A DNA stretch of 64,000 nt from Entomortierella parvispora E1425 (GCA_020891255.1 BQFW01000001.1:806001-870000), one strand, 5' to 3'. Shown: positions 39,072-51,144, numbered from the stretch's first letter. Numbers and translations are program-made. Notes: generated by a model not told the origin, from the letters alone.

Positions 39072-40997
39072 ATGCCTTCAACGTTGGTCCATCCGCTTCT
39101 CTTGCCCGAGATCATCGCGACTCTGGCGACTTTTCTTGACCGTCAGGACCTCATCCGCTGTCTGCGTGTCTGCTCTCTATGGCAACGCTTTCTCGAACCC
39201 GAGCTTTATCGCGAATTCAACCTCCCCAAAAAATACGCCCATCGCAACCGGACAAAACGACGTCGTCGTCGAGCCGCCCTCCGAAAGGAGCAGGAGATAC
39301 TCACCATCGCAGACCCCGCCTTTGCCCCTCCTCTTCCTTCGGGCAATCCTCTTGCCCCCCATCTTCAACAGGAACAAGAATGCCGATATCGACGTATTTC
39401 AGCCGGAACATTGAGGCGCAATAGCAACCATATCCGGACTCTGCACTGTACTCATCTCAGCATGATCGAGTACCTTGCCCCTCATTGTACTCGCCTCGAG
39501 AAACTGTTGCTCAGCCAAAGGCTTAATCTCAAGATCCCGTTTCTTTTGTCTATGAACGCAACATCCCTTCGATCCATCCATTTCTCGGGTTGCCGCATGA
39601 ACGGGAGTGTTATTAGTACAGGCAGAGGACAGCAAGCGCCCAATGAGCAGATGAAAGAGTACCAAACCTCCCTGTGGACAATATTCAAAATCATGGCAGA
39701 GCAATTGTTTGGACTGGAGGAACTAAAGTTGGGCCAGCTTGAGTTATATGGTCAGACGCCAGTTGCGGCGTACGTGCTCACAGTCTTTGCAAGGCTTCGG
39801 GTCCTGGATCTGCACCCCCAATCGCTCATGTTAGGCTGGCCATGGCAACCTCACTCCCTTGGAACTGACTTCAAGGAGGGATCTCCATCGCCGGAACCGA
39901 TGCCCAAATTGAGATCTCTCAGTCTCGTATTGGGTGCGCATTCGTCGGAATTTTTATTGGGAGTATGTCCGAACCTCACCTCGTTCAAGTGGTATGGCTT
40001 TGGGTTGAATGTCACTCAAGTCAAGCTTCAGACAGACAGAATGCTTGGGTTGCTAATGGAAATCAAGACCCTCGAGCGGATCGAATTCAACCACGCAGCA
40101 ACAGTTTCGGATGACCAGTGGCGCCAGATTGTAGAGGCCCTACCGAGGCTAAGGGCTTTGAGTGTAGAAAGGACCAAATTCGGGCCTCTGGCTTGCTATG
40201 CAGTTGCACGTCGCGAGAATGAGTTTCGAAGGAACAAGCTCAGGAATAGAAGGTTTTCCCACAGCGCTGCGGGACGCTTGGAGGGACCGGCCGCTTTTGA
40301 AGAACTGAACTTGCGAAATTGCATGAATGTCACGAGTCAGGAGATGGTCCTTCTCCTCTGGTTTTGCAACGAGCTCAAGGTTCTGCGAGGCACGCATTTG
40401 GAAGAGCGAGCTATGACATGGGGTTGCGTAAAGATGATGTGTGGGTCCTCCACTGAACCTGAGGACTGGCTGTGGCCCAGCTCAAGGACGCTTCAACATC
40501 TCGAACTCATCTTGATTCATAATACGCTCCCGCCCAATGAAAGGGAACAACCTTTGATCGACCTATGGTCTCCTCAGGCTTCTTTGTTGATTTCTGAGCG
40601 TCTGAACGATATCAAAGAGGCTCAAGAGAAGCCAGATCAACCCTCGATGGATATGTTGGATGAAGAATTCATTCAGATGACTATTACACGCCATCAATTC
40701 AGGTCCCTCTCGAATCTCGAGTCTCTCAGAACCAATTATTGGACCCTGGCTCGAGCCTATCGGCCATCTACCAACAACCTCTCTCATGACACGAAAGAAC
40801 AGATACCCCATCCACGACTGCGGTCTGTCGTGGTTGAGAACTGGCCCAAGACTGCTCGGCTGAATCAAAAGGATCAACTCTTGAAAGACTGGCTCCTCAA
40901 GGTGGCCCCTTCTTTGAGGCTGATCACCTGCGCTAATCGCCCTGTTTGGGAGTTGGAGCCTCCAGCCTTTGATGACGGGCTGCTTTCAACACAATAG
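39072..40997 (+). CDS. F-box protein with degenerate LRR-like C-terminus (single exon)
   Basis: HPLLLPEIIATLATFLDRQDLIRCLRVCSLW F-box motif; repeated LxxLxL motifs; 1.9-kb uninterrupted ORF. Confidence 0.8.
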   Translation: MPSTLVHPLLLPEIIATLATFLDRQDLIRCLRVCSLWQRFLEPELYREFNLPKKYAHRNRTKRRRRRAALRKEQEILTIADPAFAPPLPSGNPLAPHLQQEQECRYRRISAGTLRRNSNHIRTLHCTHLSMIEYLAPHCTRLEKLLLSQRLNLKIPFLLSMNATSLRSIHFSGCRMNGSVISTGRGQQAPNEQMKEYQTSLWTIFKIMAEQLFGLEELKLGQLELYGQTPVAAYVLTVFARLRVLDLHPQSLMLGWPWQPHSLGTDFKEGSPSPEPMPKLRSLSLVLGAHSSEFLLGVCPNLTSFKWYGFGLNVTQVKLQTDRMLGLLMEIKTLERIEFNHAATVSDDQWRQIVEALPRLRALSVERTKFGPLACYAVARRENEFRRNKLRNRRFSHSAAGRLEGPAAFEELNLRNCMNVTSQEMVLLLWFCNELKVLRGTHLEERAMTWGCVKMMCGSSTEPEDWLWPSSRTLQHLELILIHNTLPPNEREQPLIDLWSPQASLLISERLNDIKEAQEKPDQPSMDMLDEEFIQMTITRHQFRSLSNLESLRTNYWTLARAYRPSTNNLSHDTKEQIPHPRLRSVVVENWPKTARLNQKDQLLKDWLLKVAPSLRLITCANRPVWELEPPAFDDGLLSTQ

Positions 40998-42087
40998 CCT
41001 CATCTAGCATCCTATGCTCATAGAAAGAAAATCTTGAAAAAATAATATAATACGTCCTTTAACAATGTCAAACTAGAGTCAAGCTCAACATTGTACAAAC
41101 TACTATAAAGGTGTAACTTGAAATTGGGAATGTAAAATGAAAGTCAAGTAACTTGTCTCCCTCACTTGAAAACCATTGGTACATGATCACAATTGCACAC
41201 ATAGTGGTGATAAATGTGGTTGTATTGCTAGGATAGCATGGGAGTCATAAACCTGAGTATCCATTCGCTGAAGGAACGCTTGGTGGTGATATGAGCTCAT
41301 GTCTCGACGTCAGATCTAGGTATGAAGAAAGCAGAATGAAGAGAGCAAAAGTATTGATGACTTATCTAAGTGATGGCTCCATGTTTGATGTGGGATAAAG
41401 CGATGGGAGCGGAAGGGGAAGCTGTGCAGATCACTAGTGCAGATGGACCTCAGTTATATACATGTTCAGTGATAAGACAGGTACAGCTTCAGTACGGGTG
41501 TGTTTACCTTGAGTCCATTCTTTCTACTCAAATCTTTGCGTCTTTTTGATGTCCAATGCTCTCTTATTCTTTCGAGTTTGCACCGTGCCCATGTATATCT
41601 GAACTTGACTCGATTTTTACCCCTAAACCATCAAGTGAGAGCTGGAACACAGCGGCTGAACGGAAAATGAGCTGCTGGTTGACCGACAAACAGACAACTT
41701 CCTATACCGGGAAAGGGAGGTGTCCAGCGCCCTTGATTTGTCGTAGAGAGTTTGAACCGCGCCCTTGGAAGTAATAAGTAGTGTCAAGTATATGAGGTGG
41801 TTCAGCCCACTTAAAACAGCTGTCGGCCATTTGTGGGATCATGTTCTATGTGAAAGCGGCCGGACACCAACAGTCCGACATTAAACAAGAAATTTTCTGA
41901 GGATCCACCAAGGCCCCCTCCGAGGCCGTCCAGCAAGTAGGCAAGGTGTTCCAGGTGGTGGAAGGCGGTTATTGCGAGGAGGTCTCGATCTTATTAGCAG
42001 GCGACGAGTCTGCCAACTGGTCGCATAGGGATGTGGTAGTACTGTACGGGCGGACGGGAGACCCGATTCAGCTGACCATGCCATATA

Positions 42088-43412
42088 TCTACTATATATT
42101 AAAACGGAAGCTGGTGGTGGCCGTGGCCACCGCCCGATGTCACGTGTGAGTGCGGAGCACGAACTGCGCTGCGAAGGCGTCAGCCTGAGCTAAGCCTCCG
42201 AAGGATTCGGAGGCAGCGCCCCTCGACAAGCTTATTACTGTCTTGCGCGCGCGATGGGCGGCAGCCCAGAGCTGAGGCCTCCGGGAGGGAGGCCGCGCCT
42301 TTGTGGCAGCCGGGGCCTGATGTGAGTGAGTGTGAGTGCGGAGCACGAGCTGCGCTGTGAAGGCGTCAGCCTGAACTAAGTCTCCGAAGGAGACAGCGCC
42401 CCTCGAGCAAACCTGTTACTGTCTTGCGCGCGACGGGCGGCAGCCCGAGCTGAGGCCTCCAGAGGGGGGCCGCGCCTTTGTGGCAGCCGGTGCCTGGTGT
42501 GAGTGAGTGTGAGTGCGGAGCACGAGCTGCGCTGTGAAGGCGCCAGCCTGAACTGAGTCTCCGAAGGAGACAGCGCCCCTCGAGCAAACCTGTTACTGTC
42601 TTGCGCGCGACGGGCGGCAGCCCGAGCTGAGGCCTCCGGAGGGAGGCCGCGCCTTTGCAGCAGCCGGTGCCTGATGTGAGTGAGTGTGAGTACGGAGCAC
42701 GAGCTGCGCTGTGAAGTCGTCAGCCTGAACTAAGTCTCCGAAGGAGACAGCGCCCCTCGAGCAAACTTATTACTGTCTTGCGCGCGATGGGCGGCAGCCC
42801 GAGCTAAGGCCTCCAGAGGGAGGCCGCGCCTTTATCCCAAGCAAACAAAACTCATGAGAAGCGATGTGGTATTAGGTTAATGGCACCATGTCAATAGAAA
42901 AAAAAAAAAGAAAAAAAAAGGTAGTGGATCTGCCAAGTTTTCACGCTACTCGAATCCTCCTGCGCGTGAGGGCGAAAGCCCGAACTGGGCCTCCAACGGA
43001 GACACACCATTGCATATAATGGCTGAAAGTCCGGGCTAGGATAGCCCTAAGTCTGAGCGCGAAGTTCACCTTCTCACCATGGGAACTCCATAGCAATAAT
43101 CGCCCATGAGACCACAGGTGCCCCAGCTGTGGATCCACGGCATGCCGTCTTCTGAGCACAGAGCGCGAAGTTGTCTCTCCTACCACGTGTACTTCATGGA
43201 GAGTCCTGAGGAACCAAGTTGGTGAGGGCGAAATCCGGATCCAAGGCACTTGCACAGAATTACGTTAGTTAGGCAAAGAATTTAATCAAAGCAACATCAT
43301 GGCATTATAGCCGCACCATCATCCAAAAGCAACCGCTATCTGAAGAAAAACTCTCTGCTCATCATCTTTGTCGAAAAGAACCCGTGGCATAGCCCACGGG
43401 CACACCTTCTAG
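42088..43412 (+). mobile_element. Non-autonomous Helitron, 1325 bp
   Basis: 5' end A|TCTACTATATATTAAAAC. 3' end has the hairpin cccgtgg-catagc-ccacggg (43381-43400), 8 nt, then CTAG|T. Inserted in an AT dinucleotide with no TSD; no Rep/helicase ORF. Confidence 0.88.
42144..42833 (+). repeat. GC-rich minisatellite, ~3.9 x 177 bp, inside the Helitron
   Basis: Units start at 42144, 42330, 42507 and 42684 (gtgtgagtgcggagcacg...); the first unit is 9 bp longer. Confidence 0.95.
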
Positions 43413-43505
43413 TGTACTGCCTTCTTGTGGCTCGCGTACAGCGTCTGTCTGTCCAGAAGACAACATCACGTGGTTAATTTTTCAGTAATTTGGGATAAAA
43501 ATTTA

Positions 43506-44030
43506 GGATATTTTAAAACTATTCAACTTACCACTTTCCACCATTGTAGCATGTGTGGATATTGGAAAACAACGCTGCGAATCTATAGTGACCTTCGATC
43601 CATGTGGCCAGAAGTCGATGAGTCCGAGGAAAGTCGATTCCCATGAACTGTTGTGTGATGTGTTTGAAGGTCCACCACTCGATCGTGACACGTAGACTGG
43701 ACATGACGCGGTTGAATGCGATCTGGTCTGGAGTAAGTCCATTTCCTCGATAGCTGATCAAAACTTGGCCATTGGCGGTGTAGGCCGGGCTCCATATATT
43801 GCAAGAGCGACACCGTTCTGATCATACGCAAATTGATCCAGGCTTGCTGAAATCTGGTGCCATCGAATATAGTCATATCGTGGTTGGTTCCTGAGAAGGC
43901 TGAGCTGAGGCATGGTGTTTTCGTGGAGAATCATGACGGGAGCAAGAGGCTGTTTCTGAGAACAGATAAGGGCAGGCTTTGTGTCTGCGTGTTTGTGCAT
44001 ATAGAAGGATGAGACAAGAGAGGAAGTCAG
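43506..44030 (-). mobile_element. PIF/Harbinger (DDE_Tnp_4-type) transposase relic
   Basis: DQFAYDQNGVALAIYG[D]PAY..., then LTPDQIAFNRVMSSLRVTIEW...FAALFSNIHTCY. The codon for the catalytic Asp (YGD) has lost a base near 43790. A weaker N-terminal remnant may extend to ~44355. Confidence 0.75.
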
Positions 44031-44038
44031 TTTCAATC

Positions 44039-44076
<38 letters not shown>

Positions 44077-45409
44077 AGCGAGGTGAGGCATCAAAACGAG
44101 AATTCTTGTTTGTATCCCATAGTGCTACATTGTTGAAAAGGAACATGCTGGAAATAACGGCAGCACCCTGCACGCACAACCGTACACGCGCTCTTGGGCC
44201 ACAACCCATCATGCTCTGTCCTCTCAGTCTTGTTCTGACATGGATTGTGGAGGGGAAGAAGTATGCGGGATCTACAGTAAGATCGCTGGATCTACAGCCA
44301 GGGCTTCCAACATGATATAGAAGAGCCCGAAACAACGTTGATCGGTGATGAAGGTTCAAGTTTTGTGGGACTCACTCTAGGCAAAGGCCGCATGCCATCC
44401 CTCGGAGGATCGAGCAAGCACCAAGAAGAAGTGGAGTATGGTGCCAACTTGACGGCATCAGATCAGCGAGACACCGATGATCATTTGCATCATGACAAAG
44501 TAAGCTCATTGTCAGCCGACGCGGGCCCTTATAAACCGACCTCCATCTTCACTTTTTTCTTTTTTCCTCAGTTCCTTCCACGCCTCAGTTCCCTCCACTC
44601 TTGACTGAATTTCCCTGCCTTACTTTCTATCTTCCTTGACTTGCCTTCTTTTTTTCAGCCACATTTGTATCTGATGTCGAACCAAGTAAGTACAACGGTG
44701 CGTGTTGTCAGTACTACCTTCTGGAATAGTCCCTGGCCCTCCAGCATTGCTTTCCTCTTGTGCCACAACTACACACAGTCTGTGCGAGCTCATCTGTGTG
44801 AGTGTCCAAGATGGCTTCTTTGTATATATCTAATACTGTCATTCATATGTTCTTTGATAGATGTTCACCCCCAATCAGTCCTCTGCTGCCCCCACCTCCA
44901 CCTCGGCCTCACCTCCGGTTCTTGTGCAGGGGAATATGGCACCGACTGAGGTCACGAGAGACGCCTGCGAGAGTGTCCATGAAGGTATTTTAGCAAATAG
45001 ACGCGAATGTGCCGCAGAGTATACAACGGAGTTGATGTCTAATGTGATTTATTGAACTATAGCTCGTGGAAAACGCAAGAGGGTCGAGTTTATAAAAGTG
45101 GAGGAACAAGGTACGTATGAACATGGTCACACGGCGGTACGAGTTCAAACTTGCCCACTCTCCAAGTTCACATTTCCTTCTCTCCTTCAGTCTTCTCTCC
45201 TTCAGTCGTCCAACGATTCACTCAGATCATTACCCACAGCTTTTCTTCTTGGCAGACCTCTCCGTATCATTGTTTTCAGTGTACATCGTTTTTGTATTAT
45301 TTTGTTTTCTTTCTACTTTTTTTTTTCTTCTCTCTCTTCTTTTTTTTTGGGGGGGGGGAGGCTCTTCTCTGCGCCAACTGACATCTCCTCCCGTCTGCCG
45401 TCTTTACAG

Positions 45410-45825
45410 CCTCTTCTTCGTTCCCGTCCGCCGCCGCCGCCGCTGCCGCCGCCTCCTCCTCCTCCTCCTCCTCCTCCTCCTCCTCCTCCTCTACCCCCTG
45501 GACCGCGCGCCCCAGTGCGCTCCGCCCCGCCCCCGCCCTCACTCCATACACCTATATCCCTAGACTAACACCCCCCACAACCTCCTCCCTCTCTTCTACC
45601 TCCGTCGCGGCGGGGGTAGCTTCTGCAATAAGGTGCCTCATTAGACGCATCTACTTTTTAGATGGAACGATCATCAGTATGAGACTTAACTACCCAGACG
45701 CCGTGGGCCGGCCCCCAGAAGTGCAACAAGAATTGGAGCGACTGGAGTTGCGATCACGCAATCTCCACATCCTGCTCGCTGAACATGCTAGCTACGCCCA
45801 CGGTGGCAGCAACCCATCCACATAA
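45410..45825 (+). CDS. Terminal exon of an unknown small protein (poly-Ala/poly-Ser, then ...RPPEVQQELERLE...AHGGSNPST*)
   Basis: tttacag acceptor at 45409; open frame to TAA 45823-45825; homologous at the codon level to 53023-53235 on the opposite strand. Start exon unresolved. Confidence 0.45.
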
Positions 45826-45854
45826 TAAAATAAATTGACAAATTTATCATGCAA

Positions 45855-45967
45855 GGCACAGGCCCACCAGTCCATTTTCATTACCATTACTCTCCTTTGG
45901 CTGATATCAACACTGATCCTTATTGAATTTCAACATTTCTTTTCACTCCAGTCATTGCGACAAAAAA
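45855..45967 (+). repeat. Diverged ~110-bp direct repeat, copy A (partner 51018-51150)
   Basis: tccattttcattaccattactctcctttggctgatatcaacactgatcct versus tccatgttcattactattactctcattggctgatgtcaacactggtcct, then ttgaatt...cttttcact...ttgcgac in both. Confidence 0.75.
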
Positions 45968-46287
45968 GAGAAGAGGGGAGAGAGGACTACTAATCCACTC
46001 GGTATTTGGTCAAAAATCAACTTTTGTTCACCCCCGCTGGCCAAGGTGTATTGTCAGATCTGCGCGTTCTCTGTTTTCCACTGTAGACTCTCACCTTTGG
46101 TTTCTGGTCGACTCTCATTGCACCGTCCTCGGGGGCTCGGTGAAGCCTTTATATCAAGGCTAGACTTCGTTTGGACAAATGGCAGATGTCAAAGGTATTT
46201 TTTTTTGTTCGGCGAAGTTCTGCATGTCTACAATTACATACATATTCACTATTTAGCATGTGCTGTTCTGACTATTCATTGCTGTAG

Positions 46288-48380
46288 ATTGAAGAGGACG
46301 AGGATCCCGATGCAGTGCCACCATGTTTGTACATGTTGTGTGACAATGTCCGCTCAATCTTGTACCGAAATCAGACGGACAGGTCTCGGAAAGCAGTCAG
46401 CCCCATCAGGAGTGTGGAACTTTGGCTTGAGCAAATCAAAGATGAGGGCGGCAGAAGCATGTTCAAGGAACCTTTCAAGGACGAGGATAAAGAAAAGGAG
46501 AAGGGGAGGGGGAAGGATGATGCAACTGACGCATACAAGGAGCACTATCTGTTTGCATGGTGCACCAAGTTTCAGCTGAAGGTGCGTTTCGATTTCTTGG
46601 AATAGCGGATATATCTCGAGTCTTACCCAAACATGCTCCTAACTCATTGAACCTCGGATCGGTCTACTGTAGATCATGAAGAACAATACCACCATTGTGT
46701 GTATGGACTCGACTCATAAAACGGTGAAGTCGTTAAAAGCAAGCGCAAAGGATGAAACGGTCTTCAGTTCGGCGTACCTGTTCACCATTCTTGTCAAGGA
46801 TCGAATTGTTCAAACTGGCATCCCAATAGCGTTCATGGTTTGCAACTCAGAATCCAGGTAATTCTGATTATCCTTAAGAATTGTTATGTGCCCTTTCACC
46901 TAGGTGTTTTTTCTCAACTTTTGTTTCGTTGCTGCAGCTACATAGTTACGGAATGGCTAGTGTGGCTGAAGACCGAGTGTGGGTTTCGATCTACGAAGTT
47001 CATGGTTGACTGCTCTGTTGCTGAGTCGGAAGCACTAAGGAAGGCATTCCCGCTTCCGCCAATGGAAATTTATTATTGCTCGTTCCATGTCGGCCAAGCC
47101 TGGGAGCGACAGCTACGGAAGCTGCACAATGTAGGTCTTTTATTTCATTGGTTCATGACTTCAAGTCACGTCTGCTTTTTACTTATAGCTACTTGTTCCT
47201 GAAAGGTGGCTGATAGCGACGCCCTGGACTGAACGGAATTCGAAATGCCAACTCTGAAGCCGAACTTCAAGCAAACTGGGATAATTTCAAAAGGAGATTT
47301 GCTCGTGCGAAAAAACTTATCACCTACATCGAAAGTTGGATGAGACCAGAGCGATTGAGCAAATGGGCCCTCTACGAGAGAGAGGTAACACATTGATCAT
47401 ATGATCATATGGCTCCACGTCTCGATGCTGTATCTATATCTCTACCGCCTGTGGGCACCTAACAAATGCATTTTTTTTTTTTTTTTTTTTTGGGATCCTC
47501 AGAATAATCAGCACATCAACACAAACAATTTGATCGAGAGTTGGCACAAGACATTTAAGCGACATTATCTAGGATACAAAAGAGATGTACGCGCCGACGA
47601 TCTGATCTTTCTCTTGCAAGGAACGGTCGACATTGATTTCAGAACAATCTATTACAAAATCAGCCGAGGACTGCAACCGATTACGTTGTCTGAAGCAGCG
47701 AAGGAAAGAAAAAAAAAGGCAATGATCATGCCATTCATTCATGCCAAGGATATGGTTTCTGAACCGGATCTGGATGGAAAGGTGCGTATATGTGAGTGAG
47801 TTCAGCAACTTCTGTTTTGATTGTATGCTGAGTCCTTGTTGCGTGGTAGATATCGGTGCAATCATTTTCTGACGGGAACAAAACATATTCGGTCAGTACA
47901 GACATTGAGCTTTCTACTCTTGTCTCTTGTACCTGTAATGATTACGATCGCTATAAAGAACCCTGCAAGCATATGTATTTGGTGCCAAGGATTTACTGTG
48001 AGATGGATATCAGCTACAATGGCAATCCAGTTCGAGAAAATCCAGTGACATCAGCGACTGACAACAATGACAGTGGCTATGTGTCCCTGGAGTCTACCCT
48101 TAGTCCCGCCCTCAAACTCCTCCTCCAGAGGCAGAGAACTGAAAAGGAAGAGGCTGAGCGACAGGCTAAAGCGAAAGCTGTAGAGATCCAACAGAAACGA
48201 GAGTGGGAGGAAACTCAGGCACAGATTGATGCCGACCTGGGGACTCTGACTGAGCTTGCTAAGAGACCAAAAAAGTGTTCCTTACTGTATTTTAAAGAAA
48301 CGGCAGCTTTGGTGCATACAGCAGTTCTGCAAGCCAGAGGACTTGGTAGTCGAGTGGGAGCTGGGCGAAAGTGTCAGTGA
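46288..48380 (+). mobile_element. Mutator-like (MULE) DDE transposase gene with SWIM zinc finger, multi-exon
   Basis: YLFAWCTKFQLK, IVCMDSTHKT (D1), PIAFMV, KFMVDCS (D2), YYCSFHVGQAW (CxxH), NTNNLIESWHKTFK (E), SCTCNDYDRYKEPCKHM (SWIM). The exons can be joined in frame via GT-AG introns. The 5' start and TIRs are unresolved. Confidence 0.88.
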
Positions 48381-48744
48381 GGACGTCAGACGAAGGTCGG
48401 AGTTGAAGATGTTAGATGTGCGTGGAAATAAAGAATCTTCACGTGACGTAAACGAATTCCTGCTCGCTCTTGCTTCATTCATCATTTAATTCATTGCCCC
48501 GCGCGTCATTGTGGACATTTTCATCGAGCACTTGGCATTCTCTCCCTCTTTCATTTGCTCAACCACTCTCTGTCATATCCCCTTGCTCCTCAAGTACTGC
48601 GTCCAGTTACATCAAGGTAAGTATAACGGTGTTTATCGCCGGAGCTCATCCTTTTGAGCACCGTTCTTTTCTCCCTTTTGAACAACCCTAGCAAATGCAG
48701 AGGTATGACGTGATGCAACCATGCCCGACATGGTTTATTACTGT

Positions 48745-49195
48745 GACCTCTCTTTGCAATAACGACTACGCCTGGCACTCGTTCCGATAGTCAACTCGTC
48801 GTTTTCTGAGATGGCGAGCACAACGATCGCGCCTGGAAACCTCCGGTGATTGTTGAGCTTGCTTTCCGTGATGATATGTACGAGTACCATAGTCACCTCT
48901 CTTTGCAATAACGACTACGTCTGGCACTCGTTCCGGTAGTCAACTCGTCGTTTTTCTGAGATGGCGAGCACAACGATCGCGCCTGGAAACCTCCGGTGAT
49001 TGTTGAGCTTGCTTTCCGTGATGATATGTACGAGTACCATAGTGACCTCTCTTTGCAATAACGACTACGTCTGGCACTCGTTCCGGTAGTCAACTCGTCG
49101 TTTTTCTGAGATGGCGAGCACAACGATCGCGCCTGGAAACCTCCGGTGATTGTTGAGCTTGCTTTCCATGATGATATTATGTACGAGTACAATAG
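48745..49195. repeat. 3 x ~150-bp tandem repeat downstream of the MULE transposase
   Basis: Units start at 48745, 48894 and 49044 ((g/c)acctctctttgcaataacgactacg...) and are nearly identical. Confidence 0.95.
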
Positions 49196-51017
49196 CTGCG
49201 CCCGCAACTCTCTCCGGCAGCTAAAGGTATTGTATGCAGTGTGGTGCCATCACCGCTAGGTACACCACACCACCTTGTTGGTATCCAAGGTGACCCCCTT
49301 ATAACGATCTTCGAGCTGTTGTGATATTCGATACATGATGCAGGACCGTTGTTTTTTCCTCTTTAAGCCCCCTCGTTGTTTTTTCTCCTTTGAACTCAAG
49401 TCAACAATAGGCGCTGCGAGTAATACTCCTCGGACATTTTGCAGTCTCAATGGCCACCTTGCACAACGACTGTGCAGTAGGATATGAACTTTGGCTCGAG
49501 TGCCCAAGCTGATCCATCCGACACTACCGTGATTCATCCGGCACTACCTTGAATGAAAAGTAAGAAGCATGAAATTGAACAAATCAAGGGAGCATTGGTG
49601 GTTTTTTTTTCTTTTTATTTTGTTTTTTTAATATTTTGCTTTGTGGATTGCAAACCCACCCTTTACTCTTCTCTGGTGCCCACAGGAAACCAGTGAAATG
49701 CTATTTGCGGTTATCGAAGAAGCCAGTTCACCTAAAGCCAGACGAGAACGCAAACGGACACAGCGCAGGACGCGAAGGGACGCAACAGATTCTGACTCCA
49801 CTAGGTCACCGTGCACCCAACTACCTATCTGAAGAACCGAGCATCTGAAGAATGGAGCATGCCTGGACTGGTATCGAAAACCAAAGCTATTCAAGGAATC
49901 ATTGGAGTTGCTCCAATACCACTACCTCTGGTGCACACCCTCGAGTACAGCATGGATGTTATGAAACCAGGCCAACCCCGCGTGCTTTCTGGCACGAAAT
50001 GATAAGAGTACCTGTGGACCCAAGGGGATAGCAAGCATGATTCGAGTCATTGAAAACCTGGAAACCGATGCAAGAAAGAAAAACACATCCCCGGATGGGA
50101 TAGTACGACTCTTATCTTTTTTTTTTATTTTTTTACTGAAGATAGGCAAGTGAGGAAATAAATCACCTTTCGGAATGTACTACGTGGGATCCATGCTTGC
50201 GCGAGGCTACAATTGATTGATTGTTTGCAGGACGTCTTTTGTGGCGAATGGGCACAGGGAGCAGAGAAGACAGGTGGCGGGATCAAACAAAGTTGAACTT
50301 ATCACTTGTGATAATTTGTTATGAGAAATAAAGGCCTGGCGGGCAAGAATCAGCCAACTGCATTTTCCAGGCACCTTTCCACTCTTCCCTGTTGGGTGCA
50401 TGAGGCGTTAATATCCACCTCAGTGAGTGATTTGGGAATCGTTCGAGCTTCTCTCAATGCAATGTAGCCCGGAAGTCGTGTTGTTGCCACCAGACACGAT
50501 TTGTGCCGTTGTCATCGCAATCCCGGTTGCTGCTGCGACCATGTGTGATTTGAAAGCCCAATGGCCGCTTTCTTGTCGCGATCCTGCTGTTGACATCTTG
50601 ATCTCGACTTTTTGGACGAAATTCGCTAAGATGATCTATTGAAGTGAGGGGAAACATGGTGCAACTTCCTTTGTCTTGATATTTCTACACGCACAAGCAC
50701 GCACAAGCACGCGCACACAGGCAACCCTGTTCTGAACTGTTCTCAGAAACAGCCCTTTGCCTCGCCATGATTCTCCACAGCAGCAACATGCAAACCCTTT
50801 GACTGCAAACTTGCAAAAAAGGAACAGTGGATAAGGGGACAAAAAAACTTTCATTTTCGGCGTATGCATGGCCGACGTAAGTTTGGGATAGGAAACGGTC
50901 CGTCTCTTCTCTCTTAGGCTCTTCTGCCCAACATTTGGTTGGCCAGGTGCCTAGTGCGTTTGGATGTTAGTGTACTCCAGGAAGATGGGACGAGGGGGTT
51001 TTTTTTTGCAGAGACTT

Positions 51018-51144
51018 GGCACACATCCACAACTCCATGTTCATTACTATTACTCTCATTGGCTGATGTCAACACTGGTCCTGTCTAAGTGATGGTAGAA
51101 ATGTCCTTTCGGTTGAATTGTCTTTTCACTACAATTGTTGCGAC

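Noticed and set aside
42144-42833. Tandem arrays (here, 48745-49195 and 2289-2414) as CRISPR-like arrays
   Set aside because: The units are contiguous with no unique spacers, the context is eukaryotic, and there are no cas genes.
48868-48960. C/D box snoRNA within the 150-bp unit (GTGATGA...CTGA)
   Set aside because: No terminal stem and no recognisable rRNA or snRNA complementarity; the boxes are short enough to occur by chance.
49250-50650. A second degenerate transposase (YHYLWCTPSSTAWML near 49900; fragments on both strands)
   Set aside because: Only faint resemblance to the MULE FAWCT motif and no catalytic motifs recovered. Probably relic DNA, but unassignable by eye.
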